DNA of 64,000 bases from Raillietiella orientalis (taxonomy: Eukaryota). The DNA lies in contig JAYWIR010000041.1 in the NCBI GenBank assembly GCA_036172245.1, forward strand, positions 1,116,001 through 1,180,000, written 5' to 3'. Under the pieces are notes generated by a model. That model was not told the origin of the DNA and ran no database searches. It saw nothing but the letters and a program-made list of their open reading frames with translations. A program made the translations under genes and the position numbers. Below, piece after piece: positions 12,201-27,800 of the stretch. Position 1 is the first letter of the stretch. Each line of letters begins with the position of its first letter.

Positions 12201-15200
12201 CAACAACAGCTAGTAGTAGGGACGCCGCTCGCTGAGGGGAGGGGGGACGCGCGTTTATAAGATGGAAAGCACCTCCGTCGTAAATGCCACTGTGGCGCTG
12301 AAGGAGAATGACAACTGCCGATGTTTAATGAAAAGAATGCGCACAGTCACGGTGAGTTTTTTTAACGCAGCGCTCATACCTTCTGCGTATTTATAAACCG
12401 TGAGTGGCGCCGAGTCGGCCTACAGAATTGGTGAGAAAAGAGTCGAAAACTTTGGATTCTTCGTTTCCGTGTTTTTTTTTTTTTTTTTTTTCTTTTCCTT
12501 TGAAAGGTGCGTTCGCGGACCCTGAGATGTGTGACGTACCTCGAAGTGATTTACATACGCACTTTCATGAGCACCGGGATCCCACGCTCTCTCTTTGTCC
12601 AAACCTTTCGTCAAGTATCATGAACACAGCCTGGTCAGAGTATCTTCAAAAACATCTGTATAACTCGCAAGGCTGAAGGAATCTTGGAATGAAAATCAAG
12701 AAGGATGCGGAAAAGGAAAGCTGCTCCTCTGCTTTCTGAAGATAAAAGTGGAAGATCATCCTCGTCTGTACGTCACAGCCATTAGAATTCGGGAGGGGAA
12801 GAAATAAAACAAAGAAAAAAAAAAAAAAAAAGGAAAAGCAGCAGAAGCAGCAGCACCACGGACACGTTCCAAAATGGAATCGCAGAACGATGCGGGATGA
12901 CGAACGATCCCACTTATGGCACACAACACTGTTGTAGATAAAGCACGGCTGCAGCAGCTGAATACCCCGATTAAGAGAGACGATAGGGCAAAAGGGATGA
13001 AACCGAACTCACGGGAACATTCGGTCCGGCTGCATTAAACACTCGCCGGAATGTGCTTTAACCGGAGACAACATGGTTTCAATGCATTCTGGGAGCTGCA
13101 ACTTATCATTCACCCACTTGGAAAGATAGCTCCACTACGATCCCCTTCCACGGAGAAAAAAGGACACGTAAACATCATTTCCTGGATTCTTTTTCTTTTC
13201 TTTTCTTTTTTTTTTTTAAAAAAAAAAAAAAAAGGAAGAAGGAGAAAGAAATGCGAGCTCTAGAAGAATATCAAGGCAACGTAGCCAAAAGTCCGCGCTT
13301 CAGTGAATACGCAGGCATCGAAAAATGGAGCGAAAGAGAAGAACCAAGGACGGCAGAATGAATCCGAATCTGCCATCCACCATTTCTTCCTGACGAACTA
13401 TTTCAGCTGGAAGAGTACCTGATGAAGCTGAAGATGCACACAACGTTGCATGACCTGGACACCGGAGCAACTTCCGCCTCGAGCAGCCTGACAGACGCGG
13501 GAGAAAGTATTCTTAGGAAGAAATCGTCACTGGGGAAAGGCTTCAGCATCACCTAACGTGCACCCTGCCAGTGCATCTTCACCATCCGACGTTTCTGTGC
13601 AAAGTTGCCAAACTCCCACTCTGCCGAAAAAATTCAACCAACAGCAACAAAAAGAGAAAAACCCTTCGAATGTACCACCGACAGCTTGGAATGTTTGGAA
13701 ACTGCAAATACAGCCTTTATGCAGAAAGTCTGCGATGACGACAAAAAAAAAAAAAAAAAATGGATGAAGAAATGATTTTGCCTTTATTACATATATGTAC
13801 GTTATCGGAAAGAAATAGGACACTGACGGCAAACAAGAGATGGTAACAACTCTTCTTCGTGCCGACTATAGGGGGGGGCGGAGCTTTGGACCGAGACGCG
13901 TGTGTTTAGACGCCGAGCGACAACGAAGCGTCCACCACCTGCTTGAAGAAGAGGAGGCACTTTCGTACGTTCTGAAATCGATGACCCGACATGAACTCTT
14001 ATCGCTCCCAATGGAAATGGCTGTGCGAACCACAACGCATCACCATCTGCTGCGACTTGGCCGCCGAAGCTCCAGATCGAGAGCGACCTGAAGATGGAAC
14101 CTCGAGATGCCACATGGAAAAATCTGCTTGCCGCTCGACAAATCCGCCCGCCTAAGAGCCGCCTCCGATCTTCCCGTCTTCTTCTTCGTGGTTCTCCTGT
14201 TTATCTGATAATTTCTGACTGACAGCCGATATGCACCAACATCGCTTTGCGAAGTGAGAAAATGCGCCTCCAGCAACCACTGGAATGCACTCGAATACAT
14301 TACCCACAGGAATTGATATGTTGAGAAAAAGAATATGGGAGTCTTGACAGAGCGGGAACGCGGAAAAAGGAATTTTTTTCCCGGAAAGCATTTGGCTTTT
14401 GACAGATTAGACATGACCTAAACTTATCATTCGCCACAAACTTTTGACAAATCCACAAAGATGACAATATTTTAATGTGTCGTGACAAGGCATGTAGCTT
14501 TTGGAATGCAGCGCAAATACGCTCTCAGCCATGTTTTGCCAAAAACTCCAAGCGATTGGAGTGAACGTTTAAGTGACATTAAAACAACCCGATGGAAAAT
14601 GAAATTCCAAGAAGGACGGTTAAGCAAGGACGGAACTCCAAGGATTATAAAAACGAAAGAAAAAATCAAACGCGCTATAAAAAAAAAAAAAAAACATCTA
14701 TTATTTATTATTCTTCATTTTTTTTTCTTTAAAAAAAAATTTAACGCATCCTACGTACACGTGGGATGGGAAAGTGTACACTTTGGATCGGCCTTAATTC
14801 GAAAGTCGCCATGAAAAATTTGGAGCAGCTCCCAACATGATGCTACTTTTGAATGAGCACAACTAGGAAAGGATACCATGTACAGAAAAGAAAGAAAGAA
14901 AGAAGAAGAAAAAAAAAAAAAAATACACCACCACACTGGCAATTCAGGAATGCACTACAAAAAGATTTGAATCGGTGGTTCCAGTCTGAAACCACCCGCT
15001 GCCAAACGGATTGCCAAACTGAAAAACGCTGCTCTGATTCAGGAAGCATCATTCCGAAGGGGGAACGAGATCCGAAGATGTAGGTGAAGGACCTCTGAAA
15101 GAAGACTTCGAACTCCGGAAGCTCGTGTGAATGTTAGGGTTAATCACCAGGAGCGCGTATCACCCATTCGTCGAGTCCCTCGATGGCCTCTCTCGAGAAG

Positions 15201-18200
15201 GAACACGGCTGGAAAGAAATTCGAAAGAGGCGACGCACTTCCTACTGCAGAACTGTCGAAGCCCCCAATTCCAACCACGGAATGCTAAATCGGCGCCGAG
15301 AGCGGCACGGGAACGCGGAACATTCGCTTACTCTGCCTATTCCCTCGAACCACCACCACCCACCACCACTACACCACTACCACGTCTTGACACCTCATGA
15401 CTCAAGTGGGAAAGTTATTTAGCGGCTGCTCTGGAGCATCGATGCCACGTCGAGAATAGAACGAAGATCAATCAAATGATATTTGAAATCTTCCTCCCCC
15501 TGCCCAAACGTGACATCAGAATCAATTACCATGCGTCTCCTCACCACCTAATTCCGAGATGGTAAAAGGATCTCAGTCGCAGCTCCCAAAAAGGAACTCT
15601 CAACCTAAAGCAAACGTGAACGGACTTCTTCTACTGAATGGTTTTACGATGCGGAAGAAACGGTGGCGCTTCGCTTTGCCTCTGAAGTTTGCAGACCACG
15701 AGCGATTTCCTTCATACGTTGAAATTACAAAAGCCCTCTCCCTAAAACAACACACAATTGGGATAACTGCACTATAAAAAAAAAAAAAAGGTCCTGCAGT
15801 AGCCAATGGTCTGAACGACTACATATTTGAATAGAATTTGATTGAATAGTATACGACTGAAGACCTCTTAGCACAAAATACATGGGCACAAGAATAAGCC
15901 AAGATGACAGATGTAATGCGAAGAAAAAAATCGTCATGATTGATGCACAACTCAGCCTCCTTTCGTAATCCATTTACTGCATCGAACAAAAGGCTTTTTC
16001 ATTCTCTTAGTTGCCATAGTAATAATGTTTAGGCCTTTTAGCCGAAAAGCAAATGCAGCCACAAGCATCACATTCATCAAATATGTGTGCGTGTTTATAC
16101 ACATTTGTTAAGTCCTCGAATTACAAAAATATTTCTTTACGTACACATCTCTGCCTCTTCTTTTTTTCTTCTTAAACTTTAAAACGCACAACTGACTGAA
16201 TCCTACATATGCACACCCACCAAAATTTGACCATAAAAGCAGCGCACCGTACCTGCGGTATCCGCTTTCAAATTGGATATGAATTGGTACAGTACAGGTG
16301 AACGAAGCGCCTTCTCGGTACGCAACTGTTTGCTCAACACAAATGCTTTGTGACAGAACACGTTGTACAGCAGTGTATTTTTTTTTATTTTTTTTTTCCG
16401 TCTCTTGCAACACAGATCTCTCGGAACACGACTGGGAACACTTTTCGATAGGAGGTTTTTACCGAGTGTTCCCACCGAAGTCCCCGCTACCTACACTTCC
16501 CGCTCTGGAGCGAAAACGGGATAAATTTCAAGGGGGACGTGAGCAAACATGAAGTCTTGGAACCTCTCGATCAATTCTTAATCAAAGGCTCGCACGCACA
16601 CTTTTTCAAAACCACTGCCACTCTCCCACCGTTTTTGCTACACAGCAACCATCCACTCGACATGAAACTGCGACGACGCCATTAAAAAGGAGAGACGCAC
16701 CTAATGAGACATATCTGATGATATCAGCATCTTTGCAGACACTCGGAAGCACCGCTTGGCTTTTCGATTTGCGACCTTCCCGAGAGGGAAGTGCACTGCG
16801 TCCAGAGCATTCGGGAATGCGCCTTGCTTAACCTGGGATTGTACATACAGTACGGATTTGCCCTGATTTCGGTTCCCTGATGCCTCTTTCGCGTTTTTTT
16901 CTGCGAAAAACAATCAGCTGTTCAAAGCATGCGTGCCACGGAGGGTAATCGACCACACGTGTTACGGAAAAAAAAAAAAAAAAAACTTCACAAAGTGCTA
17001 ACCACGAACTGCAAAGGTACTGCAGTTAGAGAACGTGCAGAGCAAAATAAATAAATAAAAATGCATCCATTATTAATACACATTTGGCATAGACGCTGTG
17101 CAATTCTCCAAGCACCTGTCCATTCCTCTCCAGCGACTGACTCAGGATCACTTCTTGTCACTATGTACCGTTCCGAAAAGTTTTCAGAGAACTCTACTGC
17201 AACCCTCCCCCTCCCTCTGCAACTTCAACCAAAAGAGGCCGTCGAAAAACAAAGTGCAATCACGAATGCACCACAAATTCGAATTCCCTATAAGGAAATT
17301 TCATGCGGCCATTAATGCCACTTACGATGCAAGTAATCACAGACTTGGAATCCGAAAAGAAACGAAATCGGTGCGCTGCAGGGATAAAATAAAGAAACGA
17401 ATAAGGGACCTTGAAAGCGTACTTTGAGGTTCTGTGGAATAACCAAGGAGACGACGGGTCTTCCCTGGAGAAGAACACACACACCTACTGCACAGTGCAC
17501 AAGTTGCCCAGAGCAGTAGTTGAAACCTAAAGCACACGCGGTCATCAAGAGCGCGTGCGTTGAAGTATGTGACCGTGGCGCTACACATCGGCAAATGGTG
17601 CACTGGACTGGGCAGCTGCATACGTGTACAATTTACCGGAATGGAGAACACTGCAGTGTCATGCAGACGGACAAATTTTCAATGCTGGCCGCACAGCATT
17701 GGGGGAACTTGAAAACCCTTCCATGCTCCCAAGAGAGACAGTGATATCTTTGGCTTGCCAAAATCATCCATTAGAATTCATGGTGATTCTATAGCAACCG
17801 ATGCATCAGTGATAAAAAAAAAAAAAAAACAGAAAATTGATGCGACGACTGGTCGATGCCATCGCAAAACACCACAAAAGCAACCGAAGAGGGAATTTGA
17901 AAAAACAAGTAAAATAAACACAAGCTTAAAAATCGGGAAATTCATGAGTGAAATAGGGAATCGTAGGGATCTGTAGAAACCATAACCATAATCCCAGACA
18001 CCTACAGAGAAAATCGAAACCAATCAACCAGGAGAGCTGCTGCTGCTGCTGCTGCTGACGCGCAGTAAACACGTAAAAGGAGAAGAAGAAAAACCTGGCT
18101 GATGAGGTCTTGTTGTTAAAACCGGCCGAAGGACCGAGTAAACGAAAAGCGGCTATTCAGATCATAATGGTTCGCTTCCAAACTCTCGTGAATAGGACGT

Positions 18201-21200
18201 CATGGTGATTTTCCTTTCTGTATTTTCCTTGGACTTTGGTTCTACGTATGGTAAGGACCTCCGAAATGTGTATACAAAGAAAGCTGGGAGTAAAACGGGG
18301 AATCCCTAAATAAAGCACGCTGTGCAAAATAAACGGAAGTAATCCATAAAATCGTTTTTGATCTGCAAGGACCAACCGGGAAGCAGCTGCGTCCAGAGAA
18401 ACTGCACGCGGACTTCCCAAGCAGCGGCACTGCACAGCAGACCTTTGGCCACACAGTGGTAAGCGACGCCTGGATGCCCTGCGTGGAAAGGAAGGAGGAG
18501 CTCGGGAGAAACCTGAGCAGGACAGCTCGATGAAGATGCTGCGTTGCCCGCTCAACGCAAGAGGGAAGTCGTTTTGATTTTTGTGCGGAACCCACGGGGC
18601 TGCAAAGCACGGTGCCGGCGAAGAGAGGAGAAAGAGCAGGGAAAAAAAAAAAAAAGCACTTCCTACGAAGAACACTAATTGGTCCAGGCGAAATCGAGTC
18701 TTTCGTTTGCTAAGGAACGCTCAAGAGATAACGCGATGCAAACGGGAAGCACGAATCAGACCATCCACACACCTGGTCATTAGGAGGATCAATGACATTG
18801 GGCCACAGGGTCACATGCGCAACCTGAGAACGCAGCGCTTCTTACCAGAAATTTGAGGGAATTTCCATTCAACCGACTATCCCAGAAGGGAAAAACTCCT
18901 TATTGTGTCAGAGAACAGCGGCTGCGAGCATTTGGTAATGAGGGACAGGAGAGGAATAAGAGTACAAGAGAATTAATTATTTTGGACGAGAGAGGGAGAG
19001 AAGGTAATCTCTGAAAATGTGTTTTTTTTTTTTCTTCTTCTTTTTTTAAGGGTAGCCAACACAAGAAATCCATTTAGAAGCCAAATGCACCGCGGCGCTT
19101 GAAAAAACACAATGGCAAAACTATTCTTCCGCATTGCTAATGTACGTTGCATAGAGTTTGTCTAACGGACTACCAGCCAAATGCTAAATAAACGGAATTG
19201 TCGCACGCATCCAAATAAAAAAGTAGCAAACGCCTTTCCATTTTTTTTTTTTTTTTTTTTTTTTTTCTTTAAAGAGAGAGCGAGCGAGCGAGCGAGGAAC
19301 CGACATGAATTGAAAATGAAAAGATGGGGGGAAATCAAAAGGAGGAACTTATCATTCCCAATCGCATGCAGCCAACGTTCGCGTCACCATATTCCAGCGG
19401 GTCCCCCGACATGCTCGTTCCTGCTTTCCCAAGTCATCCATTCCGGCCAACTTCCAGTGGCAGCAGCAGGGCAAACGCAGATGAAGGCACACGAATCTTC
19501 GTCGAAACCTGGAGGAACTCGTGTTTCGCTGTCCGGCAGCCATCGTGAATTCGCGATTCGGTCTGCACTGCCGGGATGGGTTCCCCATTCACATGCAGCA
19601 ACAGGTTTACAGATTCTGTGCCCGGGGTTTTCGCATGCATCCGGCGGATGCAGAGCCGTGGCTCCAACAGGCTGCAGAAGACGAATCTCCACCGGGAAGA
19701 GAGATTCCGACGTTTCTGTGGCAACTCTCGAAAAACGCACAAGATCAAGACGAGGCGTTCCAATATCCATCACACTGATGTGCTATACACACGCAGCTGT
19801 CCTGCAAATCCCAGTGCCTTCGATGTCAGGGACGCTGAAAAAGGTTCAGATACAAAGCAGTGGTGAGATGGAGGAAGATCCATTGATCGGAGGGACTTCG
19901 GAGCGGCCAAGTCGCGTAATTCCAGGAACTCGACTTGGAGAAGTGTAAAAAAAAAAAAAAAAAAAAAAAAATCCATTTGGGAGACACGTGTTCATTTACG
20001 TGAATACGTGTGTTGGCATACGTCGGGGCCCACCTTTCCTTCCGCGGAACGACCTTTCAGCATTGCACAGTGCAGCGTAATGGGTTCAGCGCAACAAGTA
20101 ATGGTGGTGCCGGTGACCCGATTTTCTTTTTCAATTCAAAGCAGATTAGAAGCACAGACACATATCTCTTGGTAAGAAGAACGGGCAGGGGGCCCTACTC
20201 GCCGCAATCATCTCGGTCCAGGAGGGCCTGCACTCAATTTTGCACACGAGACCTCGATAAGGCCTCACCCCCCCATCGACTGAAACACTCACTCCGAATT
20301 CCCAGCAACAGTGACTCGATATTCATCTTCACTGGGGCATCATAGGTGACGATGGCATGCAAGCACACCGAAGATACCCCCAACCCAAGAAACAGTGGCA
20401 GAGTGACGAAGCGCCGTCCCTGCAGAATTCGGTGGGAGAGCACTCGTCAGGAACTTTGAATGGAACCGCGTTCCATTGAATCCCTATGATGACCGTGGCC
20501 GCAAGCGCACATAGTAAACGACAAAATTTAGAAACACTCATCAACCCCGAGTGGCGAGGCAAATCGACGGTTCCCCCATTCAGTTTTCTATTCTGTCGGG
20601 AGACGTGACCGTCTCCGGGAGCGAACCCCCAGGAAAAAAACGGAAAACAGCAACGCGGTTTTCCACAGCGAGGGCAGCGCCTATTATTTTCTTACATATC
20701 TTATGATGCAAAGTGCGTTACTGGATCGACCTGCAGGTCCCATTTACACCGCCGATGGGTGAAACTCTCAAGAGCCTGCTTGGGGATTACTTAGCAGAAG
20801 ATTTACGACAACAGGTCCAATGTTCCGGCGCATCCAGTTCCATCTCACCGCGGCATTAGCACGCACCGAGACGAATAGGTGCTTCACTTTGCACACACAC
20901 GCTTATTGCGACATTAATAGCGTTTTTTTCTAGTCATCATCGCTCCCAAATCAACTCGGGATAAGGAACGGAGGAGGCTGTGGTCCACACGAACCGAGAG
21001 AGGAACCTCGACCGACTTTCCATGAACGTTTTGAAACAAAAAACAGAGCTCGGCTTTTCGATCCCACTTAAGACGGTTTGCGAGATGCCGCACGGCGGTG
21101 GTGGGCACTTGCAGTCATACAATGGATTGAAAAGAAAAAAACATACATAGATATACATATCAAGGAGATAATGTTGCATCTATTATTCGAGACTTTCAGA

Positions 21201-24200
21201 AACTCCATCGGCTTCTAGCATTTGGCACACCATTTGGCTCATACTTTAAAGTGGCTCTCCAAGTCGCACTTCACACAAAATATCGAAGAGAGTGATGACG
21301 AAAAAGAATTGAGGATTCAGGTTCGCAAAAGATCTTTTCAGTCCCTTGGAATTCACTACAGAATCCAATCGAGGAAAAAGTGGACCAGATCTGCCAAAAA
21401 GAAATGCATCGATCTCTAGGAATACACGCAAGGCATCTAAGAAACCTGTTTCCATTAACCTGAGAGTGCTTTCTGTCCAGTAGACAGAACACAGACTTAA
21501 TGACTAGGATACTTTAACACAAAAAAAAAAAACACACACACACAATTCCAAACAGAATTCAAATGACCGTCATTATCTAATTATACATGAAAAATGCTCG
21601 CTTAGTGCTAAGGTTACTTCTTACACCTCTTCTTCAAGATCATCCTTGACCGTGTAAAAAATGCGTGTGTCAGCTGCATAACATATTAATTGATCTTCAT
21701 GATACCACTACCAGAAGTGAAAAAATAGAAGTGTAAATGATCACGTGTTCTATCAAGAAGCGACGCAGAACAAAGAACTGCCCACATTCCATCCATTGTG
21801 GGCATCTCCAGAGGTGCTGGAAAATACGATCTCATCGATGGCGTGAGAAGTCGTTTCCGTGAGACAGGCAGGTAGGAGAATCACTTCAGAAAAGGACTTT
21901 CACTGAGACACCGCTACGCCATCACAAGCAGAAGTACCTTCAGCATCTCCGTGGTTTTCAAGTCTGAAAACACGGCCATCTTCTTCTCTCCAAAAAAAGT
22001 GTACACATGTGAACAAACTTGGGCGGGAAAGCGCATTCACGTTGTTTTTGTTTTTGTTTTTACAAAGCTCTGAATGAAAACGAAGACTGAAATTCAAAGA
22101 AGTACTCGGAACCTTGAAAAGCTCGGTTCGAGTTGCAAGGGAAACGGAAATGAAAACAACTTTAGCAGCATCTGAAGACCTGCAGCCGCAGCTGCCACCA
22201 AACTATGGAGAACGAATTTCAAAGGAAAAACCAAAGAGTACATATTCTTGCTGCTCGTTCATACTGGAGAATACAGCAACCGAGGACCACGACGTTGAGT
22301 ATAAAAAAAAAGAAAAAAAAACGAAAACGGAGTGCCTTTTGATGAACCCATATGAACACTCTGCATTCGGACCCAAGACGTGAAATTGCGGACTTCCTTC
22401 TAAACACTGAATTTTGCAAAAGCAAACGTGCTAAACGTGCACGTCGTATTATAAAAACGGAACACACACACTTTAGGAGTGTCCTGACCGAAAAAGATCA
22501 GTTGAGCTTCCAAGGCGGATGCAAAAGTCACGGTGTTTCTGCTAATTGGGGTTCATCTCAACTAACAGTTTGGGACCCACGAAACTTCCAAGGCAGACGA
22601 ATACGTTGTATTCCCCAGGGAAGGTCACGAGTACACTCCATACTTTAAAAATTCGAAAAACTACCCTTCCTGATAGCCCTTGTCGAAAATGAATTTCGAA
22701 ACTTTTACATCACACAGCTCGAAATTGGAAGATGTTTGGGGATGTTCCCAATTCCAAGAACACATGCGGAGCCTAGCGGGTGTTTCCCCCCCCCCCCGCA
22801 TCCCCTTCGCATGTCGAAGCTTGGGGTCTAAGGACACACATCAGAAGAAATGCTTACCTTGAATTTTTCGAAATGAACGCACCGTGAAAGTTCTTCAGCG
22901 CACCGACCGCGCTGAAGATACCCCTAAAATCATTGCTACAACTGTGGTTCCGAGGGCCCGACTTCTTGGCTCGGACACTCTCGTTCCTTTTTGTTCGGGC
23001 TGGCAAGCAGCTCCACTTTCTTGCGACGACGCTGTTCCCTTCGAACACCCAACGAACACCTCCCAAGAAAACGAAATCTGTCGTGCACACGCACGCTGTA
23101 ACACTTTCACCACACCAACCACATGGACTGCAGCGTGATTTACGCGGTCGTCCGCCTCCAGAGCCTTCTTCTTGGGAGACGTGCGATGTACGCCACGTAC
23201 CAAAAGACGTGGCGGCAATAGCGTACCACTGTGGGCAAAAACAATGTTTCGTGCGATGAGGGACACACTAATTGTGATTAATGAAGAGTGGTGAACTTGA
23301 AACCGGGGAGAATGACCATCAATCTGAAACTGCGTTACGGACACCGTTTAACCGGTCCCATCCATCAGGCCCGCGGTGCTCTCCGCAGTGCACAAACCAC
23401 CCGTGCAAGCGCAGGGGGAGAGGCCGAACTTTGCATTTGTTTTCATGGGTGGTTCGGCATCAGGGCTACCAGATATTGTGCGAGGAGTAACGGATGCCTT
23501 GCATCTCACCAACGCGGAGTCACGTGGTTCAGCTCCGTTCCCGAGAAGAACAACGAAACGAAGGCTTGAGCAAAGAGCAAAAGAAGAAGTGAGAGAAACC
23601 ATCTTCCATCCCACTTACGAAGAAGGGACTGCGCCCCACAAGACCCACACCGTGGTTCAGAAACGCACCTGAAGACCCCAAGTAAACAGCTGGAATGCAA
23701 ATACGAGATGCTCCAGAGCACTGGGGGGGGGGGGGGGGGGTCTCTCTCATCACCATCCAATCGCACGTACTCCCACAACCGCAACCATCTTGCACGGTTG
23801 TCCTGCAAACTTATCCATGCCTAATTTTGAAACTGAAGTTGAAGATGCGCTCGACGATTCGGCCAGCGTTACCACAGCCACCCGACGAACACCGCATGCT
23901 TTCAGGGTGCAATCCAAAGAGCATCACTGGATGGATGTTCCCCAAGTGTGAGGGGTTTCGAGGTTGAGCGTCCCCAAGGAGGCTGCTGCTGAATTGCACG
24001 CCTCCGAGGCGTTCCCGAGTGGCCGTGCTGCTGCTCCTCTCTGCTCCGTAAAGCAGCGAAATACGAGGAGGATTCTGCTGCTGCGCCCTCGGAAGCAGGG
24101 CTTGCAGCTTCCTAGTAGTAAATATCACGAATATCACTCTCCGGAAAGTGAAAGCGCGATTAGGAGAGCCCGCGCTTTTCATTACAAAAAAAAAAAAAAC

Positions 24201-27200
24201 GATGGGGCCTTAAGTCCCAAATACCCAACTTTATACTGATGGATTAACTGGAAATTTGTCTTTCAAGTGATTCATCTGAAGCGTCATTTCATTCATCGCG
24301 GAACTTATACAATTCGATGAGCAAGGAGGAAAATACTACATAAGAAAGGTTAAATGAAATTGCAGGGGGCAGTCCTGGCTAGAAGAAAAAAGGCGGAATG
24401 CTTGAACATAAAAAAGGGTGGGAAGGCACCACCAATTTTATGGAATCTGAGCACACGAAACGGACCCTGCCCGCCAAAGTCACTTGACGTGCACGCATGA
24501 AGTGGGGGTGGGGGGGGGCAAAGAGAAGCTTACGTGAAGATCGGAAAAGTGTGAGGATCCACATGGACTCCACAGGAAACAAACACGTCCACAACCCACG
24601 ACGCTGGTATGTTCGCCTGCTCCACTGCAGGAAAAGGGCGGGGAGGGGGGCGCAAGGGGGCAAGCTGGCTGGTCCTCTTGCCAGCGTTCGGGTGCGTACA
24701 CATCTCGGAGATGCAGCAACCAGAAGGAACAGAGCCGCTCAAACAAGAAAGCCGAAAACCCACACGGATAAAGTAAGTTTCCTGGCAGCTGCGCTTTCGT
24801 CAAATGCACTCTTCCTTCCCATACAGACACACATTCCTGAAGCCATTAAAAGAAACGTTTATAAAGCAACCTGACCTTTAAGCACAGCTGCTAAAACAAG
24901 CGAGGTGAATTAAAAATTAATTGAGGTGAAACCGACAAGGGAGATACTGAGAGGCTTCTTATCTGATATTTGAACAGAAACCTTTTAAACATTTCAGAGA
25001 CCGCCGCGTTGTTAAGTAACCCCATTATACGATGGCGGAGGCAAAAAAAAAAAAAAAAAAAAAAAAGAAAGAAAGAAAACGCTGAAAAGCGATGAAAACG
25101 GCTCATCGGAGAAGCATTCCGAGATGAGAAGAAAACGAATCGGAGCGAACAGAAATGCTCGAATGCTAATTCGGGCATGTGTGTTCGCATGCCACCATAT
25201 TTGCACAAAAGTTGACAAATCAATTCGGTGCTGATGCTGTTTTTCTCCCCCCCCTCCCCCTTTTTTTTTATTTTTTCACTTTCTGTGCTACTTTCCATTC
25301 TCTCACTTCTTTTCAAGTCTGGAAAAATACCTACACGCACCCACGGACTCATTAAGAAAAAAAAAAAAAAAAAAAAAAAAGGTGACTTCCGACAGGTCCA
25401 CGTGGTGTAAATAGACGGTCCATCGAAACATCCGACGCACACGAGCAACAGTTGTCGCCGTTGCTAAGATATTTTCCATCAACTCCTCAAATCACCTAAC
25501 CTGATTTCCCAACCTGCCTTTCGGGGGCGAAAACTGGACGGCGAACCACACAGCCGAGTGCGATCTTCCCCCCTCCCCACCCCCCCGGACAAACAAATTT
25601 CGAACGGCTCTTCCCCCAAGGAACAGCGGCCACAGGCGGCAACGGACGGGACGCCAAGTGACCTTTCTGCCCGGGTACACTTTTCGACGGGGGCGCGGAG
25701 ACTCGCAACCGTGCATGCGAAGGTGGTTTGACATCCGACTGACAGGCAGCTGCGCCGGACAATCAGTGGACCCGGCAGTTGGGGACCACAAATTTAGCTG
25801 CCATCCCGCTAGCGATCACCGAAAGGGAACAGAGCAGCAGAAGACACGCGAAAGAAACGCAGAAACGAATTCGGAACCATGGAGAGGGGGGGGGGGAAAC
25901 ACACACACACACACACACACAGCATCGATCCCAGCATCACGTAATCCGGATGAACCTGTTATGGGGAAGAGATCCGCAGGAAGCACCACGGTACATCGTA
26001 ATCACTTTCGCAAACAGAGCACGCGACTCGGTGCTGCTGCTGCTGCTGCTGAGAGGACGCAAACTCGGAAAGCCCACACTCATCTCCGCCAGGACCGGAA
26101 ACACGAAACCATAACTACCGTCGCGAGAGGCAGGCGAACAAAGAAGCAAAAACACAAAACAAGCTCTCCACGGCGGCAACCACTTCATTACGGCTACGGA
26201 TGCAGCGCGGGTTGCACGCATCCTCGGAAGTCCGCCCTCTCTTTCTGTCCGCGGCTGAATCGCCGTATAAATGCCGAGGTCCTCTCCACTCTCGACAAAG
26301 AAAAGAGCAGAAAAGAAGTCCCCTGTTATTCCCCGTGAATGTAACTCTAGGTTGCATCCGTGGGGAATTAGCACAAGTCGACGCTCGCAGATGCTTGTGA
26401 AACCCCCAATTATCCTTTTAAGACGAGTTGGACAAACGGAATGAAGAATGGCTACGAAAACAACCAGAAATAATCGAACAAAAAGAGCAAGATAGAGGAC
26501 TGGCGGGCGGAAAGGTGACAAGCCTTTGTGAGGGGGGAAACCAAATAAAAGTTTTCCTTCGTTTAAGTTTCGCGCCTCTTCACAAAAGAGGATTAATCCT
26601 GCGAAGGCCTGAATGGATGCTTTCTAAAGTTCTTTCCCGTTTGAAGGCGCACAGAAAAGATACTCCCCCCCTCCCCCCATTCATGGATAAATAACCATTC
26701 CTAAGGATGCGAAGCAGATAAAATGCACTTGCGATGTAATTGAGCTGCTGCCTCTTTTTAAACGCTACTCGACTAGGAACGTCCTATTCACACCAAAGGA
26801 TAAATAATCGTTGGTTCCAGAAATTAAGGATTCCTGGAACAAAAAAAAAAAAAACCCACGAACACAGCACAGACTGCGGCGCTGTGAAACTCATCGCCAA
26901 GGGTGCGTACTTGCCTAAGAACCGAAGAGATTTCGAGGGTTTTGGGGGGGGGGGGTTTCCGATACCAAAAGCAGGCGGCCAAAGGATCAAAAAACGCCTC
27001 GGGTGCACGTAGGTGCACACGAAGAGCACACGATCCTCCGGCAAGCCGACGCAGCCCGCATTTCTGCGGCGCGTGCAACCGGGATGGAGGCAACTTGGGA
27101 ACCTTCGCTAAGAGGACAACCGGAGATGCGCTTCTTTCGCTTGCAGCCGCTGCAGCGACTTCCCTCAGGTATGACAGTCCGCGAGGCCAACTCATCAAAA

Positions 27201-27800
27201 GTTTCATGCGATTAAAGTGACTGCCAAAAAAGAGTCAGGTCGCTCGTGTCACCACTCGGCTTGTAAGGCAGCAGGCTAACATTCCAGGAAAATGCAACCG
27301 GTCGACCTGTTTTCCTGCTGCTGGCGAACAAGAAAACAGTTCTGACCTCAAACCACGTGCCCTTCGTGCTTTTCGACCACGATGACTTCACAAAAACGGT
27401 TTTTTTTTTTTTTTTTTTTGGCCTTCCAGAATTCCTGACCATTTAGCAAAAAAGTGGCACGCGGAAGAAATCAACGAGAAAACTGAAGGAAATCGCTGCA
27501 CCCCCAACTCTATTAGCTGCTGCTGCTACTACTACTACTACTACTCTACGGCAAAACAGGTTGGAGAACGAACCTTCCAACCTTGCAATGCCAAAAAGAA
27601 TAACAGAGCATACGAACCAAGGAATCTTTTTTTCTGTTGCAGTTTTCAAATATTAGTAAAGTACATCGGAGAGGGGAACTTCCGTGTGATCTACCATGAG
27701 GAACAAATGGGATTTCGCAAACTTGGCATGGCGAATTCTGAGAGTTACTGCGGACCGAAGTGACCCATCACTGCACACGGGTCAGGAGGTTCCTGCTCAC

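Noticed and set aside
19384..19948. 255-aa ORF and an opposite-strand CENPGHRIC motif
   Set aside because: The ORF runs through a poly-T tract and has no recognisable domain. The knuckle-like motif is incomplete.
23811..23960. GNA...VERIFN resembling the hAT dimerisation motif
   Set aside because: Single short motif with imperfect spacing and no supporting context.
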